Below are positions 16,703 to 27,112 of a stretch of 64,000 nucleotides of DNA, piece by piece. Location of the stretch: IMG/VR virus record IMGVR_UViG_3300017705_000783, positions 8,565 through 72,564 of that record. One strand, written 5' to 3'. Under the pieces are notes generated by a model. That model had not been told where the DNA came from. It ran no database searches and worked only from the letters and a program-made list of their open reading frames with translations. Source of the stretch: a virus. Lineage: Duplodnaviria > Caudoviricetes. A program made the position numbers and the translations under genes. Numbering within the stretch: the stretch's first letter is position 1; each line of letters starts with the position of its first letter.

Positions 16703-19184
16703 CCAGTAACTCTTGTATTAATGTTGCTTGTGCCTTTAAGAAGTCTGTCATTAAGTTGTCCTTATTTTCGGATACATTCTTTTTATCTTTATAAAAATGG
16801 GTATTATAAGCATTCTTTTTATTTACTTCTATCTTGCCGTTTTTTAGTATCTTAATAGAAAGTAAAGATTTCCCCTGTGCTCTTTGCCCTTTAGGGAAGA
16901 CATTAATAGCCTTTCCCCCTGGTTTCATATGAAATTCAAGTTCCCCGTTACCAATACCGTCTAGTATATTTTTTCTAAATTTATCATCGGATTCCATTAT
17001 GGTTTCACCATCTAATTGATTCCATACATTCAATTGAGGTGTTGCAGCAGTACCCCCTAAAACAAACATTTCTGCTCCTATGGCTTTAAATAAATCAGGA
17101 TTATAGAATTTTCCCCCATTATTTAACAAGCCCCGCATATTATTTGCTAAGTTCTTTGGCTGTGCTCTCTTCCAAAAATCTTTAACTTGAGTGAGGGTAG
17201 CCCCTGCTCCTTTTGTATTCTCCCTTTTTTTAATTATCCCTGCACTTTTAATCTGGGAAATTACCTCTCGTCTGTGTCCCTCGTTTTTATAGTCCCCAGA
17301 ATTTAGGGAGTTAAATGCCATACCTCCCATACCAAGAACATTTTTCTTTGGCTGAGTTTTAAGCGACACCGATAATATGGTAAATTTCTTTTCCCTCCCA
17401 GGATCACCAAGACTACCATCACTTTCAAAAGTTCCAGGAGGGAAGTCTTCAGGTTTCATTTCCCCACTACTAATTAATTCATCTACAGTTTTTTCTTCAA
17501 TAACCTTCGATACGTCAATACCGTTCTTTTTAAGATTAGCCCTCACCTTATTAATGTCCCCATGATCCAAGGCATAAGATACATCTCTCTTTATTCTTTC
17601 TCCCTTAGTGGATTGGGCTATTTCTCCTACGGTAAAGCTAAATAAAGGTGAGACTCCTTCCCCCAAAATACCTTGAACAGCTTTAGATCGTAAAATCATA
17701 AATGTTGCAAAAGCTCTTTTTCCATCTTCTTCAGATGCCAAGGTTTCAATAAAAGATTCAGCTACCCCCTCATCCCCAAATGAATCGGGATATGAAGTAC
17801 GAAGTTCTTCTATAAGATTTGTAGTTAATTCTTCGTCTGATAGGGAGCCCAAAGTGTCTATACCCTCTCCCCCCATGCTAGCAATACCCATTCTCAGGGA
17901 TTCTGATAGCTGCTGTGCTGATAACTTTGTAGTAGCGTCACCCCACAGGGCTATCATTCTACTAAGTTGGAAATCTCTTCTATCCTCTAAAATCTTTCTT
18001 TCGTCACTACCTTCTTCACTTGCGTTTATCCCATCTATTAAAGAGAAAATAGTTGCTACAGTACCAGCCCCAGCCATAACTGCTTCATCGGCCTTACCTC
18101 TAGTATCGGGGGCTATTGCTCTATTTATTGTAATGTCATCAAAACCGCCAATCTCGAAATCCTCACTATTTTCTGACGGACTTACTCCCTTATTCCAAGA
18201 GTTAATAGATGTTTCAAAGGTGTCAATAACTTTATTCATCCACTCAGTTTGAACTTGGTGGGAGCCTGATTGCTTCCCAAAAAGTAAAACTTTATAAGTA
18301 TCAGAACTCATCTGGTCTGTATTTAGAACAAAACTACGAGCCTTATTCTTCCCAGCAGGGGGGCCCAAAGCTATTTTTTCTAATATAGATTTTAGGTTAG
18401 TAGCTTCTTCATTATCTATAACTTCTTCATCCTCTATTTTTTTATGTAATTTAGAAGTTAGATATACCATATCCCTTAAATTTCTAGCAGACTCTACTTT
18501 ATCTTCTATTGGAACATTTACGTCCTCTATCCACTTTTCAATTGTATATTTTAATGATGTCTGAAAACCCTCTAAAGTACCTTTTACTCCCTGTGTCTTA
18601 AACGCTGCCTCAAGATCAGCAGGATTAAATTCAGAGGCTTTATCTTCTTCTCCCTCTTTAACTTCTCTCTCTACAATCCCGAAATCTTCTAAAAATGGAG
18701 ATAGTTCTACTCTATTTGCCTCAATAGCTTCAAGAACTGCTTCCTCCCTTGCCTTCTCCTCAGCAGCTATGGCATTAGCGTCTCCTGCATTGGCATCTGG
18801 GTTCTTCAGGTTTAGCCATTCCTCCAACTCAGCAGCTATTATAGTATTTTGATATGTGTCACCCTTAAGCTGTACCCACCCCTCCCCTTGCTTCGCAGCC
18901 TTGGTTGGATTAGAAGTCTGTTTAACAATAGCCGAGTTACGCTTCGCAAATTTCGCTTTAAGACTAAAATCCGTTCTCGCAAGATGGAGTTTTTCGTGGC
19001 CTTGAGCAGGGGAGGGGTGGGGAAAACTTTGCTTTTGGCCTGGGGTCATCATTCCATATTGTTGTATAACAGCATCTACACTATTTAAAGGCTCCCCTTC
19101 TGCCTCTCCCCCCTCTTTAATAAGAGTTAAAGATCTCTTCTTTAGCTTAGAATAGCTTTCAAGTAGTTCGTGATAATAATTCAT
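16692..19184 (-). CDS. Large hypothetical protein (830 aa), possible internal head protein
   Basis: Long ORF directly downstream of the tail tube gene; N-terminal LLESY..L....IKE. Confidence 0.6.
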   Translation of the reverse strand: MNYYHELLESYSKLKKRSLTLIKEGGEAEGEPLNSVDAVIQQYGMMTPGQKQSFPHPSPAQGHEKLHLARTDFSLKAKFAKRNSAIVKQTSNPTKAAKQGEGWVQLKGDTYQNTIIAAELEEWLNLKNPDANAGDANAIAAEEKAREEAVLEAIEANRVELSPFLEDFGIVEREVKEGEEDKASEFNPADLEAAFKTQGVKGTLEGFQTSLKYTIEKWIEDVNVPIEDKVESARNLRDMVYLTSKLHKKIEDEEVIDNEEATNLKSILEKIALGPPAGKNKARSFVLNTDQMSSDTYKVLLFGKQSGSHQVQTEWMNKVIDTFETSINSWNKGVSPSENSEDFEIGGFDDITINRAIAPDTRGKADEAVMAGAGTVATIFSLIDGINASEEGSDERKILEDRRDFQLSRMIALWGDATTKLSAQQLSESLRMGIASMGGEGIDTLGSLSDEELTTNLIEELRTSYPDSFGDEGVAESFIETLASEEDGKRAFATFMILRSKAVQGILGEGVSPLFSFTVGEIAQSTKGERIKRDVSYALDHGDINKVRANLKKNGIDVSKVIEEKTVDELISSGEMKPEDFPPGTFESDGSLGDPGREKKFTILSVSLKTQPKKNVLGMGGMAFNSLNSGDYKNEGHRREVISQIKSAGIIKKRENTKGAGATLTQVKDFWKRAQPKNLANNMRGLLNNGGKFYNPDLFKAIGAEMFVLGGTAATPQLNVWNQLDGETIMESDDKFRKNILDGIGNGELEFHMKPGGKAINVFPKGQRAQGKSLLSIKILKNGKIEVNKKNAYNTHFYKDKKNVSENKDNLMTDFLKAQATLIQELLATH

Positions 19185-19197
19185 AAAAAAAATCTCT

Positions 19198-19235
19198 AAA
19201 AAAAGCCCAACCCAGAAAACATCTAGGCTGGGCTT
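19198..19235 (-). terminator. Rho-independent terminator after tail tube
   Basis: AAGCCCAGCCTAGA-TGTTT-TCTGGGTTGGGCTT stem with two G-U pairs (strand-specific) plus a T run. Confidence 0.85.
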
Positions 19236-19266
19236 GCTTACATCTTATTATAGTATATTTTTAATA

Positions 19267-19899
19267 CTACGTTGTTAAATGGTCGAGGTTCTCATAGCCA
19301 TGTGTCACCTGTCCTTTAGAATCCCCATGATCAATGAAATCATAACGGAATGTTACTTCCACTGTATGAAATTGATTATTAGAGTAATTAAATTCAGCGT
19401 TCTTCCATGCTCTAGGGTAAACTCCAAACAATCTTGTAGTCGTCATAGGAGATCCATCAGGATTTAGTTGGTGAATTTTTAATTGCTTTGCTTTAAACCC
19501 AGCCCCTGTGGATCCCTCCATTATCTGTCCTGTCATGGGATCATAAATTTTCTTGAACCAATTCCATAAAGTATTAGATACTTTCTTGAGATAGAGGTTA
19601 TCAAAAGTAATCATGACCTCATCCTGAGTAGGACGACCAGGATAGAAAACCCTATCATTTACACGATAAACTTCTATGTCCTCAACAGACATCCCTGTGT
19701 TCCCTACTTGCTTCGCAGCTAAAGTCAAAAATGGGTCACCACCCCCTTCGGCTACTCCAGCGGGAAGTTCAAACTCACACTCAAAGGAGTAGACCCTTAC
19801 CGAGTTAAGTCCCTCTGATACCAGGGGCAATCCATCCCCATCAGCATTTATAGTCCTGTGTGCATCGTTACTATTAAAATATGTTGCATCTTTTGGCAT
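19267..19899 (-). CDS. gp19: Tail tube protein gp19-like
   Basis: FYPGRPT...ITF, WFKKIYDP, LFGVYP, VTFRYD; follows sheath. Confidence 0.9.
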   Translation of the reverse strand: MPKDATYFNSNDAHRTINADGDGLPLVSEGLNSVRVYSFECEFELPAGVAEGGGDPFLTLAAKQVGNTGMSVEDIEVYRVNDRVFYPGRPTQDEVMITFDNLYLKKVSNTLWNWFKKIYDPMTGQIMEGSTGAGFKAKQLKIHQLNPDGSPMTTTRLFGVYPRAWKNAEFNYSNNQFHTVEVTFRYDFIDHGDSKGQVTHGYENLDHLTT

Positions 19900-19909
19900 T
19901 ATTTACTCC

Positions 19910-22057
19910 TTAATTTCCTATCTGCGCTGATTGATTAGTTACGTTTATTTCAAACACTACAACCTCTGCTGTCTTTGTGGGTTTCAAGAGAACTTTACAC
20001 CACAACTCATTTCTATCTACCCTTACCGCAGTATTTGTTGTTTCGTCACAAATTACCTTAAATTCTGTGATACCACGTTCTCTCTTTATTGAATCAAGAA
20101 TAGGTGCTACCACAGTCTCAATCCTATCCCATGTAAATCTATCATTAGGCTCGAAAGCGAACTGTCTTGTAGAATTAACAACAGTATCTCGAATCTCAAT
20201 AAGCAAACGTCTAATATTAATTCTGTTGGTTGCCTTATTTGATCTCAAGGCTGTCCTCTGTCCGAAGATAACAATTCCATCTTGAGCAAATTTAGTGATT
20301 GGATTAATTATATTTCCACCACTGTAGAGAGAGTCTCTATCACCTTGATTTAATGCAACTTCAACATCTACAGGCTTGGTTAAACGACCTCTAGCCAAGC
20401 CAGCAGGAGCAAACCATGGCTGGGCTACTCTATCTGTAGCTACCATTTGTCTTGCAGCGTAAATCTCGGGGGCGTACCACCTATCTTTACCATCAAAGAC
20501 ACTAAAGGTTTTAACCCAAGGCCAATGAACTGCGGCATAAGAACTATTAATGGCTGCTGCTCTATCAGTAGATTTGCCATTAGTCCAATCAATAGCATCA
20601 GAAGGTTTTCCAATAGCATATGGAGGAGATACAAGAGCTAAGAATTTTTGTGTGGTCTCAGCTTTAGTAATAAGAGCATTTTGTGCTCCATCAAGCTCAG
20701 AGAAATCAGGGATCAAGGCTATTCTAACGGGAACACCTTCATCGTCCAGAGCCTCTATGCCGCTCCTACCACCATCACTCTCAACCTGTCCTATTAAAGA
20801 AGTTTCTTTAGCAGCGGATTCAGTGGGAATACCACTATCACCACCAGCCAAGGAATAAGTACCTTGAACAGGCTTGATAAATCTTGGGTCGCACATCGAA
20901 CTCACCATACCAGAACCGTCTGTTACAGCCATAGTGTTCACAGCCATCGCCCCAATACCAGTGGTTAAATCATAGAAGTTATCTATAGAAGTCACACTTG
21001 TTACCGCAGCATTTCCTTGGGCACTAGTATAGTATCCTACTATCTCTCTTGAGGTAGCATCTACATTAGTTTTTCCTATTGCAGTTTCCAAGAATACCGA
21101 GGAAGTAGCTCCTCCCTTAAAGGTCTCAGCCGCAGTACCATCAGTGTTAACCTGAATAACTACATTTGAATTACCATTGACATTCACCTCAACTGAAGTT
21201 CCTGACGTTGCCCCAGCGGGAGTGGTTCCTTCGTTGTATCCTGCTCCAGTATAGCGGGATCTGGTCCAGTAATACAGATCAGAGAATGTGCCCCCAGAGA
21301 CCGTCACACTAGTTGCAGCCAATGCGTCTGTACTCCAATCTGAATGGCGTATTCCACTCAAATCCAAAGGTTGGAGTCCTTTCACCCCAGTCCAATTAGT
21401 ATCATCATCAGTCGCTTCCATAGTAATGGTCATGGTAGTACCAGAACCAGCTATGGGGTTAACGATAAAAGCAGAGGCATCTGCATCAGTACCAAAGGCT
21501 CCTATCCTATCTGCATCCAAAGAGCCCCCTAAAACTTTTCTTAAGGCATCAATGGACCTGCCTCCATTAGCATAAGTCTGGGATATTGTTCCCGATGGGA
21601 CGCTATACACTTTAGAATTTAATACTTGAGTTCTGGTGTTATCATAGGTAGTAACTGTAAACCTATAATTCCAACTTCCTCCATTATCGAGACCTATCCA
21701 ACCACCAGAGGGTGAAGCAGAAACACCTACAGCAGGACAAACTCCCATAGGTATAGCAGCAGAAGCTTCTGCTGCGGACGTTGCAGCACACCTAACAAAA
21801 TACGTGCTATTGGTTGCTTCTAATATTTCAAGAGCACCTTCTAACGCTTGTCCTGCTAGGTCCTCACTTGGGTTACCAAATGTAGAAACTAACTGCTCTT
21901 GGCTAGTAATTAGGGTAGCCTTATCCCCACTCTTTCCCGCCACTGGTCCTTTTGAAGCAAACCCAATTATCCCCACCACAGAAGAGTTGGACCCTGCGGG
22001 ATAGTCTGATATGTCAACCTCGGTGAAATAGGCACCTGGACTTAGATACTTAGCCAT
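19910..22057 (-). CDS. gp18: Tail sheath protein gp18-like
   Basis: YLSPGAYFTEVD, PWFAPAG..RG, IVIFGQRT, RINIRRL, FEPND, LKPTKTAE. Confidence 0.95.
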   Translation of the reverse strand: MAKYLSPGAYFTEVDISDYPAGSNSSVVGIIGFASKGPVAGKSGDKATLITSQEQLVSTFGNPSEDLAGQALEGALEILEATNSTYFVRCAATSAAEASAAIPMGVCPAVGVSASPSGGWIGLDNGGSWNYRFTVTTYDNTRTQVLNSKVYSVPSGTISQTYANGGRSIDALRKVLGGSLDADRIGAFGTDADASAFIVNPIAGSGTTMTITMEATDDDTNWTGVKGLQPLDLSGIRHSDWSTDALAATSVTVSGGTFSDLYYWTRSRYTGAGYNEGTTPAGATSGTSVEVNVNGNSNVVIQVNTDGTAAETFKGGATSSVFLETAIGKTNVDATSREIVGYYTSAQGNAAVTSVTSIDNFYDLTTGIGAMAVNTMAVTDGSGMVSSMCDPRFIKPVQGTYSLAGGDSGIPTESAAKETSLIGQVESDGGRSGIEALDDEGVPVRIALIPDFSELDGAQNALITKAETTQKFLALVSPPYAIGKPSDAIDWTNGKSTDRAAAINSSYAAVHWPWVKTFSVFDGKDRWYAPEIYAARQMVATDRVAQPWFAPAGLARGRLTKPVDVEVALNQGDRDSLYSGGNIINPITKFAQDGIVIFGQRTALRSNKATNRINIRRLLIEIRDTVVNSTRQFAFEPNDRFTWDRIETVVAPILDSIKRERGITEFKVICDETTNTAVRVDRNELWCKVLLKPTKTAEVVVFEINVTNQSAQIGN

Positions 22058-22069
22058 TTAATGTTCTCC

Positions 22070-22309
22070 CTAATTAATACTTATCAATCTTCTTTTATGT
22101 AAATTAAGCAATCTTTCTGTTATAACAGAAGCAGGAACCTCCACAGACGCTCCTGGAGTTAATTTTATTGTTTGATTTCTACCCGTAGGCACAGGCCACG
22201 TTTGTAGACTTACATTTCTAACAGTTTTCATAGAAATTTTAGGGACAGAGGCTGGCACTTCCGTCACTGTCTTAACCTTCTTTTTCTTTATACTCTTTTT
22301 AGAAACCAT
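22070..22309 (-). CDS. Small hypothetical protein
   Basis: ORF between gp15-like and sheath, late-type element upstream. Confidence 0.55.
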   Translation of the reverse strand: MVSKKSIKKKKVKTVTEVPASVPKISMKTVRNVSLQTWPVPTGRNQTIKLTPGASVEVPASVITERLLNLHKRRLISIN

Positions 22310-22365
22310 AATTTATACCTGTGTCGTAACCTCTAAATATATTTAGGTAATAAATACAAACAATT

Positions 22366-23118
22366 TTAATTTATTTTTGTATAAGACTCAGTTTCTGATA
22401 TGTTTATTGAGCTAGTATCAATAGTTTCATCAAGTACCGAAGTCTTATTTTCCGTTATTACTTCTACCTCAGTGTTAAACTCTGTGATTTCTCCTGTAGA
22501 AGTTATTAAATACTTAGGATATGGAATATATCCCTCCACTGAGAGATCAAATCTTCGTCTAATGATTCTATCTTCTCTGTCGCCGACCACAGTAACAGAA
22601 TCGTTCTCTTCTCCTGTTATAAATGCCATTGTAGAATTAGTATATTTTGTAATCATAGTTAAATTAGGATTTAATAATAACCTAATTTGTTCTACAAGCT
22701 GATCCATATCTTCGTTATACTTAGTCCACATATTTACTTCATAAGATATTGTAATAGCTTTGGGGGCTAAACTTATAACTCTAAGAGCCCTTTTTCTTTT
22801 AGTATCCCAATAAGTTTCATTAACTAGTAAATCTTTTATTCTTCTACGCTCTGTATCTTCATCGCTTAGGGTCTGTGCTACCGTTACAAGGGGGAGAATT
22901 ATGTTATTTTCTTGAAACATTTTTGCAACTGCTCTCTCTGCGGTTGCATTCACACATGGAACATCTATAAGTTCATTTTGAGGATCTCGTATCTTAAAAC
23001 CAGAAAACGAAGCAAGCATAAATCTTAAATTTTCTTTATAGGCCGATGATATAAGGTGTTGAGGTTGTATTTTATCGCTCAATAATCCCCTTATCCAATC
23101 CCTAGTCTTCCACCTCAT
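22366..23118 (-). CDS. gp15: gp15-like tail sheath stabiliser/terminator
   Basis: IILPLVTV, PKAITISYEVNMWTKYNEDMDQLVEQI, FDLSVEGYIP; position after neck genes. Confidence 0.7.
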   Translation of the reverse strand: MRWKTRDWIRGLLSDKIQPQHLISSAYKENLRFMLASFSGFKIRDPQNELIDVPCVNATAERAVAKMFQENNIILPLVTVAQTLSDEDTERRRIKDLLVNETYWDTKRKRALRVISLAPKAITISYEVNMWTKYNEDMDQLVEQIRLLLNPNLTMITKYTNSTMAFITGEENDSVTVVGDREDRIIRRRFDLSVEGYIPYPKYLITSTGEITEFNTEVEVITENKTSVLDETIDTSSINISETESYTKIN

Positions 23119-23750
23119 TATCTATCTCCGTATGGATTATTCAGATCTTCTCTAGTAGAAAGAGGACTATTAGGAACCACTGTTTCGGCATTCATAGCAG
23201 AAATATTCTCTGTTCTCTTTGTGAGAGGTTCTTTAACAACATCAGAAAAATCTCTAAGAACTCGGGCAGCGCATACTAAGTGATAAACTCCATAAATTTC
23301 AAAACTCTCCTCCTGAACCTCTATAATCTCGTACTTTACATTTTGAAATTTAGGTTTTACTACATCGTGAGGTATTGGAGTACGACCCAAAACTGTTTCT
23401 ATACTACTCTTATTAAAAGTAAATAGCTGATCATTGCTTAATTCTATACCAAACTGGGTTAGGTTCTCTTCAATAGGAGATGGATTATAATGACCAAATA
23501 CTACTATTGGTTCTGAGTGTAGGGTTTTCATCCTCTCCTCCATGTAGATAGGATCTATAGTTCCATCACTCTGAAAATACTTATAATATAAAATTTTAGA
23601 TCCTGCTAACCGAATTTGCTCTTCATCAATGAGATTATGGAGACCTAGATCGGGATTTTGAGGATCAAACAGACTTAGTTCTGTTGAGTCCTCTATAGTA
23701 GGCAGCGGGGGCATTTTTACCCCAACTTTAAATCTATTATCCTTATTCAT
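23118..23750 (-). CDS. gp14: Neck protein gp14-like
   Basis: EEQIRLAG...YY, LTQFGI, P..HDVV, EIIEV..E.F. Confidence 0.7.
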   Translation of the reverse strand: MNKDNRFKVGVKMPPLPTIEDSTELSLFDPQNPDLGLHNLIDEEQIRLAGSKILYYKYFQSDGTIDPIYMEERMKTLHSEPIVVFGHYNPSPIEENLTQFGIELSNDQLFTFNKSSIETVLGRTPIPHDVVKPKFQNVKYEIIEVQEESFEIYGVYHLVCAARVLRDFSDVVKEPLTKRTENISAMNAETVVPNSPLSTREDLNNPYGDR

Positions 23751-24631
23751 TAGAATGCCGTGAACACTGGTGGCTCTTCGATCTCAGAAACCAATTCTTC
23801 TATCAGTAATTGTTTTTCTTCTTTACTTTGCATAAGTAAAGCTTCCCCATTTAACTGAGATCCACCTCCTGGAGAAGGGAGAATTGCATACTTCCCTCTA
23901 ATTTGCCCTAAAACACCTTTAACTGCTGCGAGAGTGTACCTCTGCAACCAATTCCTGTAAGCAGGATGTATTGTATTTGAGTTTATTGCTCTGTATTCTA
24001 TAATAACTGTTTGTGGAGTTGTGACAGGTGCGGGGGATAACAATAAATATCTTCCATCTACAACATTAAAGGAACCTTCTTGACCTAATATTTTTCTTGT
24101 CATTTCAAGGTTCTGTTGCAGAAGATAAAAGTCTGCTACACCAAAATTTTGAAATAAGAAGTTATCCTGAAAATACTTTATAAAAAAGTCAAATTCTAGA
24201 GTACCTGCTTGAGACTGTATAGAAAGCAAAGTCTTTTTGTATACAACATAGGTTAAGTTATCCAACATGTATTGGGGGAGTTCATACATATTTGTCCCTG
24301 CGGAGGCATCAAAGGCAGCTATCTGTTTCGTCCATAGCGGAGCATGATAATTCAATCTTGTAATTGCTTCATCCATACATGTTCTTATTTGATAAGGAGT
24401 AACTTCTATTCTTACTACTGGGTGTCCTAATTGAGCTAGGGCATAATCAGCTAGAGTTTGTTCAAAATCCGTATACTCTTCTAAAGAACTCTCAGTACCT
24501 GTATTTAATTTATCTCTATCAATACTAGTAAGTATTACGCCCTTGTCTATATGAGCCCCAATTGGAGATGCTAATGTATTACCAAATGTAGCAAGACGGG
24601 GTACTTTCGCAGGTGGTGTTGCTTGTGCCAT
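23750..24631 (-). CDS. gp13: Neck protein gp13-like
   Basis: YALAQLGHPVVRIEVT..QI...DEA, WLQRY..A..K..LGQIRGKY, GG..LNGEAL. Confidence 0.85.
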   Translation of the reverse strand: MAQATPPAKVPRLATFGNTLASPIGAHIDKGVILTSIDRDKLNTGTESSLEEYTDFEQTLADYALAQLGHPVVRIEVTPYQIRTCMDEAITRLNYHAPLWTKQIAAFDASAGTNMYELPQYMLDNLTYVVYKKTLLSIQSQAGTLEFDFFIKYFQDNFLFQNFGVADFYLLQQNLEMTRKILGQEGSFNVVDGRYLLLSPAPVTTPQTVIIEYRAINSNTIHPAYRNWLQRYTLAAVKGVLGQIRGKYAILPSPGGGSQLNGEALLMQSKEEKQLLIEELVSEIEEPPVFTAF

Positions 24632-24654
24632 AATTAACCTCTAAACTATATACC

Positions 24655-24695
24655 TAAAAAATAAGAGGGACCCGAGAAAATTCTCAGATCCCTCT
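24655..24695 (-). terminator. Rho-independent terminator after major capsid gene
   Basis: AGAGGGATCTGAGA-ATTT-TCTCGGGTCCCTCT stem with U-G pairs followed by TATTTTTT. Confidence 0.85.
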
Positions 24696-24717
24696 AAAAG
24701 TTTAGGCTTGATTACTA

Positions 24718-26346
24718 TTAATCAGCTTGGTTCAAGGCTGACGAGCCACCACCCTTACCGAACGGATTAAACAGGTAATTAGCACCTGCTCCAACCACTC
24801 GAATGATTCTGTAGAATCTGTAGTAAGGACCCACTGCTGCTTTACCGTAGCGAGTCAGAATGCCCTTTCTGGGCTGGAAGTCCGAAGGATCAGTGATTGT
24901 TGGCATGGACTGGAGTGGGATATATGGAGCATATACATAACCACTATCCATAGCGTTATCACCCTTATAGCCGATCATAATCTCATCTTCTGGGTACATC
25001 GGATCGACCCACAGATCGTAACGACCCATGAACTTACCTCTGTAAGAAATTTGATTACGTCCGATATTAGTTGGACCATCACCAGGAGCAATACCACCTT
25101 CAAGCTTCGCTGCCGATTCCAGCATGGAAGCAATCAGAGGTGATGTAATAAGCCAGTTACCAGGACCACGGAATGTAGTTCTGTAGATATCCTGCGAAGC
25201 GAAGTTAATTATCGAAAGCAGATTAGCATATACGTGGCCGACATGCTGTGGTGCCGCACCAAACTGACTGTCAGTCCTTGAGAGATCAACGAGCCACACG
25301 TTAGAGTTAGTACCTACATCAGGACCATCCCCTACACCTGCGTACGCATTAGCAAAATCATACAAGAATGCGGAAGGAGTAAACTCTGTAGTATTTACCG
25401 AGCCAGCGTTCGCTGTGGGATGATTCGGCCCCTGCGCCTGGAAATTATTAGCGTTTCCACCACCAGTAAGGGATCCGACATTCCAACCAGTGTGACCATT
25501 AGGATCATACGCAATCATACGAAGATCTTCAATAATCTCACGGTCAATCTCAAGAGCAATTTCCTTTGAGAGAAGGCTAGTAAGCTCTCCCTCAAGATCA
25601 AGGTTGTGATACGCACGAAGGTCTTGAGCAGCCTCAAGAGTCCAAAGTGCCCGCATCTTACGAGTACGAGCAACAACTGGCTGCTGATCAATGTGCATGT
25701 TAAGCTCTGGAATACCAGTAGAGGTAAGAGCTTCACCTGCACTAACGGAATATCCGAGGATAGTCGCTGCAACAGGGAAGGAGGCGATTTTACCACCCAT
25801 CGTAGAGCTTGGACTCGCTGGAGAATTCCATGAATCAGCACAAGTACCCATGTTGTTCTCTAAACCAAGCGAAGACAACGCCGCATTAGCAGCACTAAAA
25901 GTATCAAAAGCCTCTCTAGCTTCAGGCGATCCTGCATCAACTCCAGTGTCAATAGCACTGGATGTAAGGTTAGCATACGTTAGGTTGTAACGACTGAACA
26001 CTGTTTGGTTTCGACCTCCTGTTGGAGTGCCATAGTGTCGGTCATGACCCAGATAGAAAATCTGGGACACTGGACCTTGCATAGGCTGAACGCCAACAAG
26101 GTTATTAGCAAGAAGCTGCGGATAGACGCGACGGACGAGTGGAAATGCGAACTTCTGGAATGTACCGAGCTTACCCACTGTAGTAGGTGAATCAGTACCA
26201 ACAACTTCGTCCACACGCTCACTCACGATGGCTTTAGCCTGGTTTTCCAGAAGAACTGCACATACCTTACGCTTGTAGTCATCGTCTATACCCTCAAGTA
26301 CAGGACTCCAACGGTCCTCCATACTTGGATCATAATTAGAAATCAT
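24718..26346 (-). CDS. gp23: Major capsid protein gp23-like
   Basis: W.PVLEG, LLENQ, VGVQPMQGP, ARTRKMRA.WT.E.AQDL.A.H.LD.E.EL, EIDREII, YAPYIPL, LTRYG. Confidence 0.97.
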   Translation of the reverse strand: MISNYDPSMEDRWSPVLEGIDDDYKRKVCAVLLENQAKAIVSERVDEVVGTDSPTTVGKLGTFQKFAFPLVRRVYPQLLANNLVGVQPMQGPVSQIFYLGHDRHYGTPTGGRNQTVFSRYNLTYANLTSSAIDTGVDAGSPEAREAFDTFSAANAALSSLGLENNMGTCADSWNSPASPSSTMGGKIASFPVAATILGYSVSAGEALTSTGIPELNMHIDQQPVVARTRKMRALWTLEAAQDLRAYHNLDLEGELTSLLSKEIALEIDREIIEDLRMIAYDPNGHTGWNVGSLTGGGNANNFQAQGPNHPTANAGSVNTTEFTPSAFLYDFANAYAGVGDGPDVGTNSNVWLVDLSRTDSQFGAAPQHVGHVYANLLSIINFASQDIYRTTFRGPGNWLITSPLIASMLESAAKLEGGIAPGDGPTNIGRNQISYRGKFMGRYDLWVDPMYPEDEIMIGYKGDNAMDSGYVYAPYIPLQSMPTITDPSDFQPRKGILTRYGKAAVGPYYRFYRIIRVVGAGANYLFNPFGKGGGSSALNQAD

Positions 26347-26367
26347 ATAAAAACTCCATTAAGGTAT

Positions 26368-27000
26368 CTACTCAGCAATGGGCATAAACCGCATTACTTC
26401 AGGCGTAAGAAATTCATTGTGAATTCCTTCATTAACAGATGAGTCTCCAACTTCCGAGTTGGAGACCATTACTGCTTTTTCAGAGGATTCAAATGGGAGC
26501 GACTGAGACTCAGTGAGTCTTTCCGTTTCTTCCACTAGCTCTGTATTTGTATTCTCAAGAATATTAATCTTATCTCTGAAAGCTTCTGCTATGGAGACAA
26601 GCTTCTCATTGTCTTCCATTAACTTTTCAACTTCCTTAGTAAGACTAGAAATATTTTCCTGAGACTCTTCATTCACATCTACAAGACCAGAAATCGCTGA
26701 TTCTTTGTCATGTTGATCTAACTCAACAGACATCATTGTTTTCATACTCTCAAAAACGTGACCATTTCGGACGAACTCTTCATCTTGCTCAAGTTCCTTT
26801 AAAGCATATTCCTTGATTTCATCAACCTTCATACGAAGGAATCCATTGACCTTTGTGATGAGTCCATTGACCTCACTATCAACTCGTTCTGTAATCACTG
26901 AGTCTACCAACTTTGCTATCTCATCGACTGCATGTTCTGTAAGACCTTCTGGAAGAAGCTCTGCAAGATTTTCCATCTTTTTAGATTGCTTATCACTCAT
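26368..27000 (-). CDS. gp22: Prohead core/scaffold protein gp22-like
   Basis: LPEGLTE, acidic coiled coil, between protease and capsid. Confidence 0.7.
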   Translation of the reverse strand: MSDKQSKKMENLAELLPEGLTEHAVDEIAKLVDSVITERVDSEVNGLITKVNGFLRMKVDEIKEYALKELEQDEEFVRNGHVFESMKTMMSVELDQHDKESAISGLVDVNEESQENISSLTKEVEKLMEDNEKLVSIAEAFRDKINILENTNTELVEETERLTESQSLPFESSEKAVMVSNSEVGDSSVNEGIHNEFLTPEVMRFMPIAE

Positions 27001-27112
27001 GTAAACTATCTCCTATAATTATTTATCATATTTAAAAATTAAAGTTTAAAAAAATTTAAATATTGTTGTTTATTCCCTACATTTAAAGGTTTTATTACCC
27101 TAAGTATTAATT

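Noticed and set aside
22333-22346. 14-bp palindrome CTAAATATATTTAG as a repressor site
   Set aside because: Single occurrence, adequately explained as a late-promoter-like element plus leader.
25515-26222. Alternative-frame ORFs inside the major capsid gene
   Set aside because: Expected from codon bias of a highly expressed gene; no motifs or RBS.
27001-27112. AT-rich intergenic stretch with a 9-bp inverted repeat (27028-27036 / 27055-27063) as origin or operator
   Set aside because: Repeat is entirely A/T within very AT-rich sequence, so it is likely by chance; no iterons.
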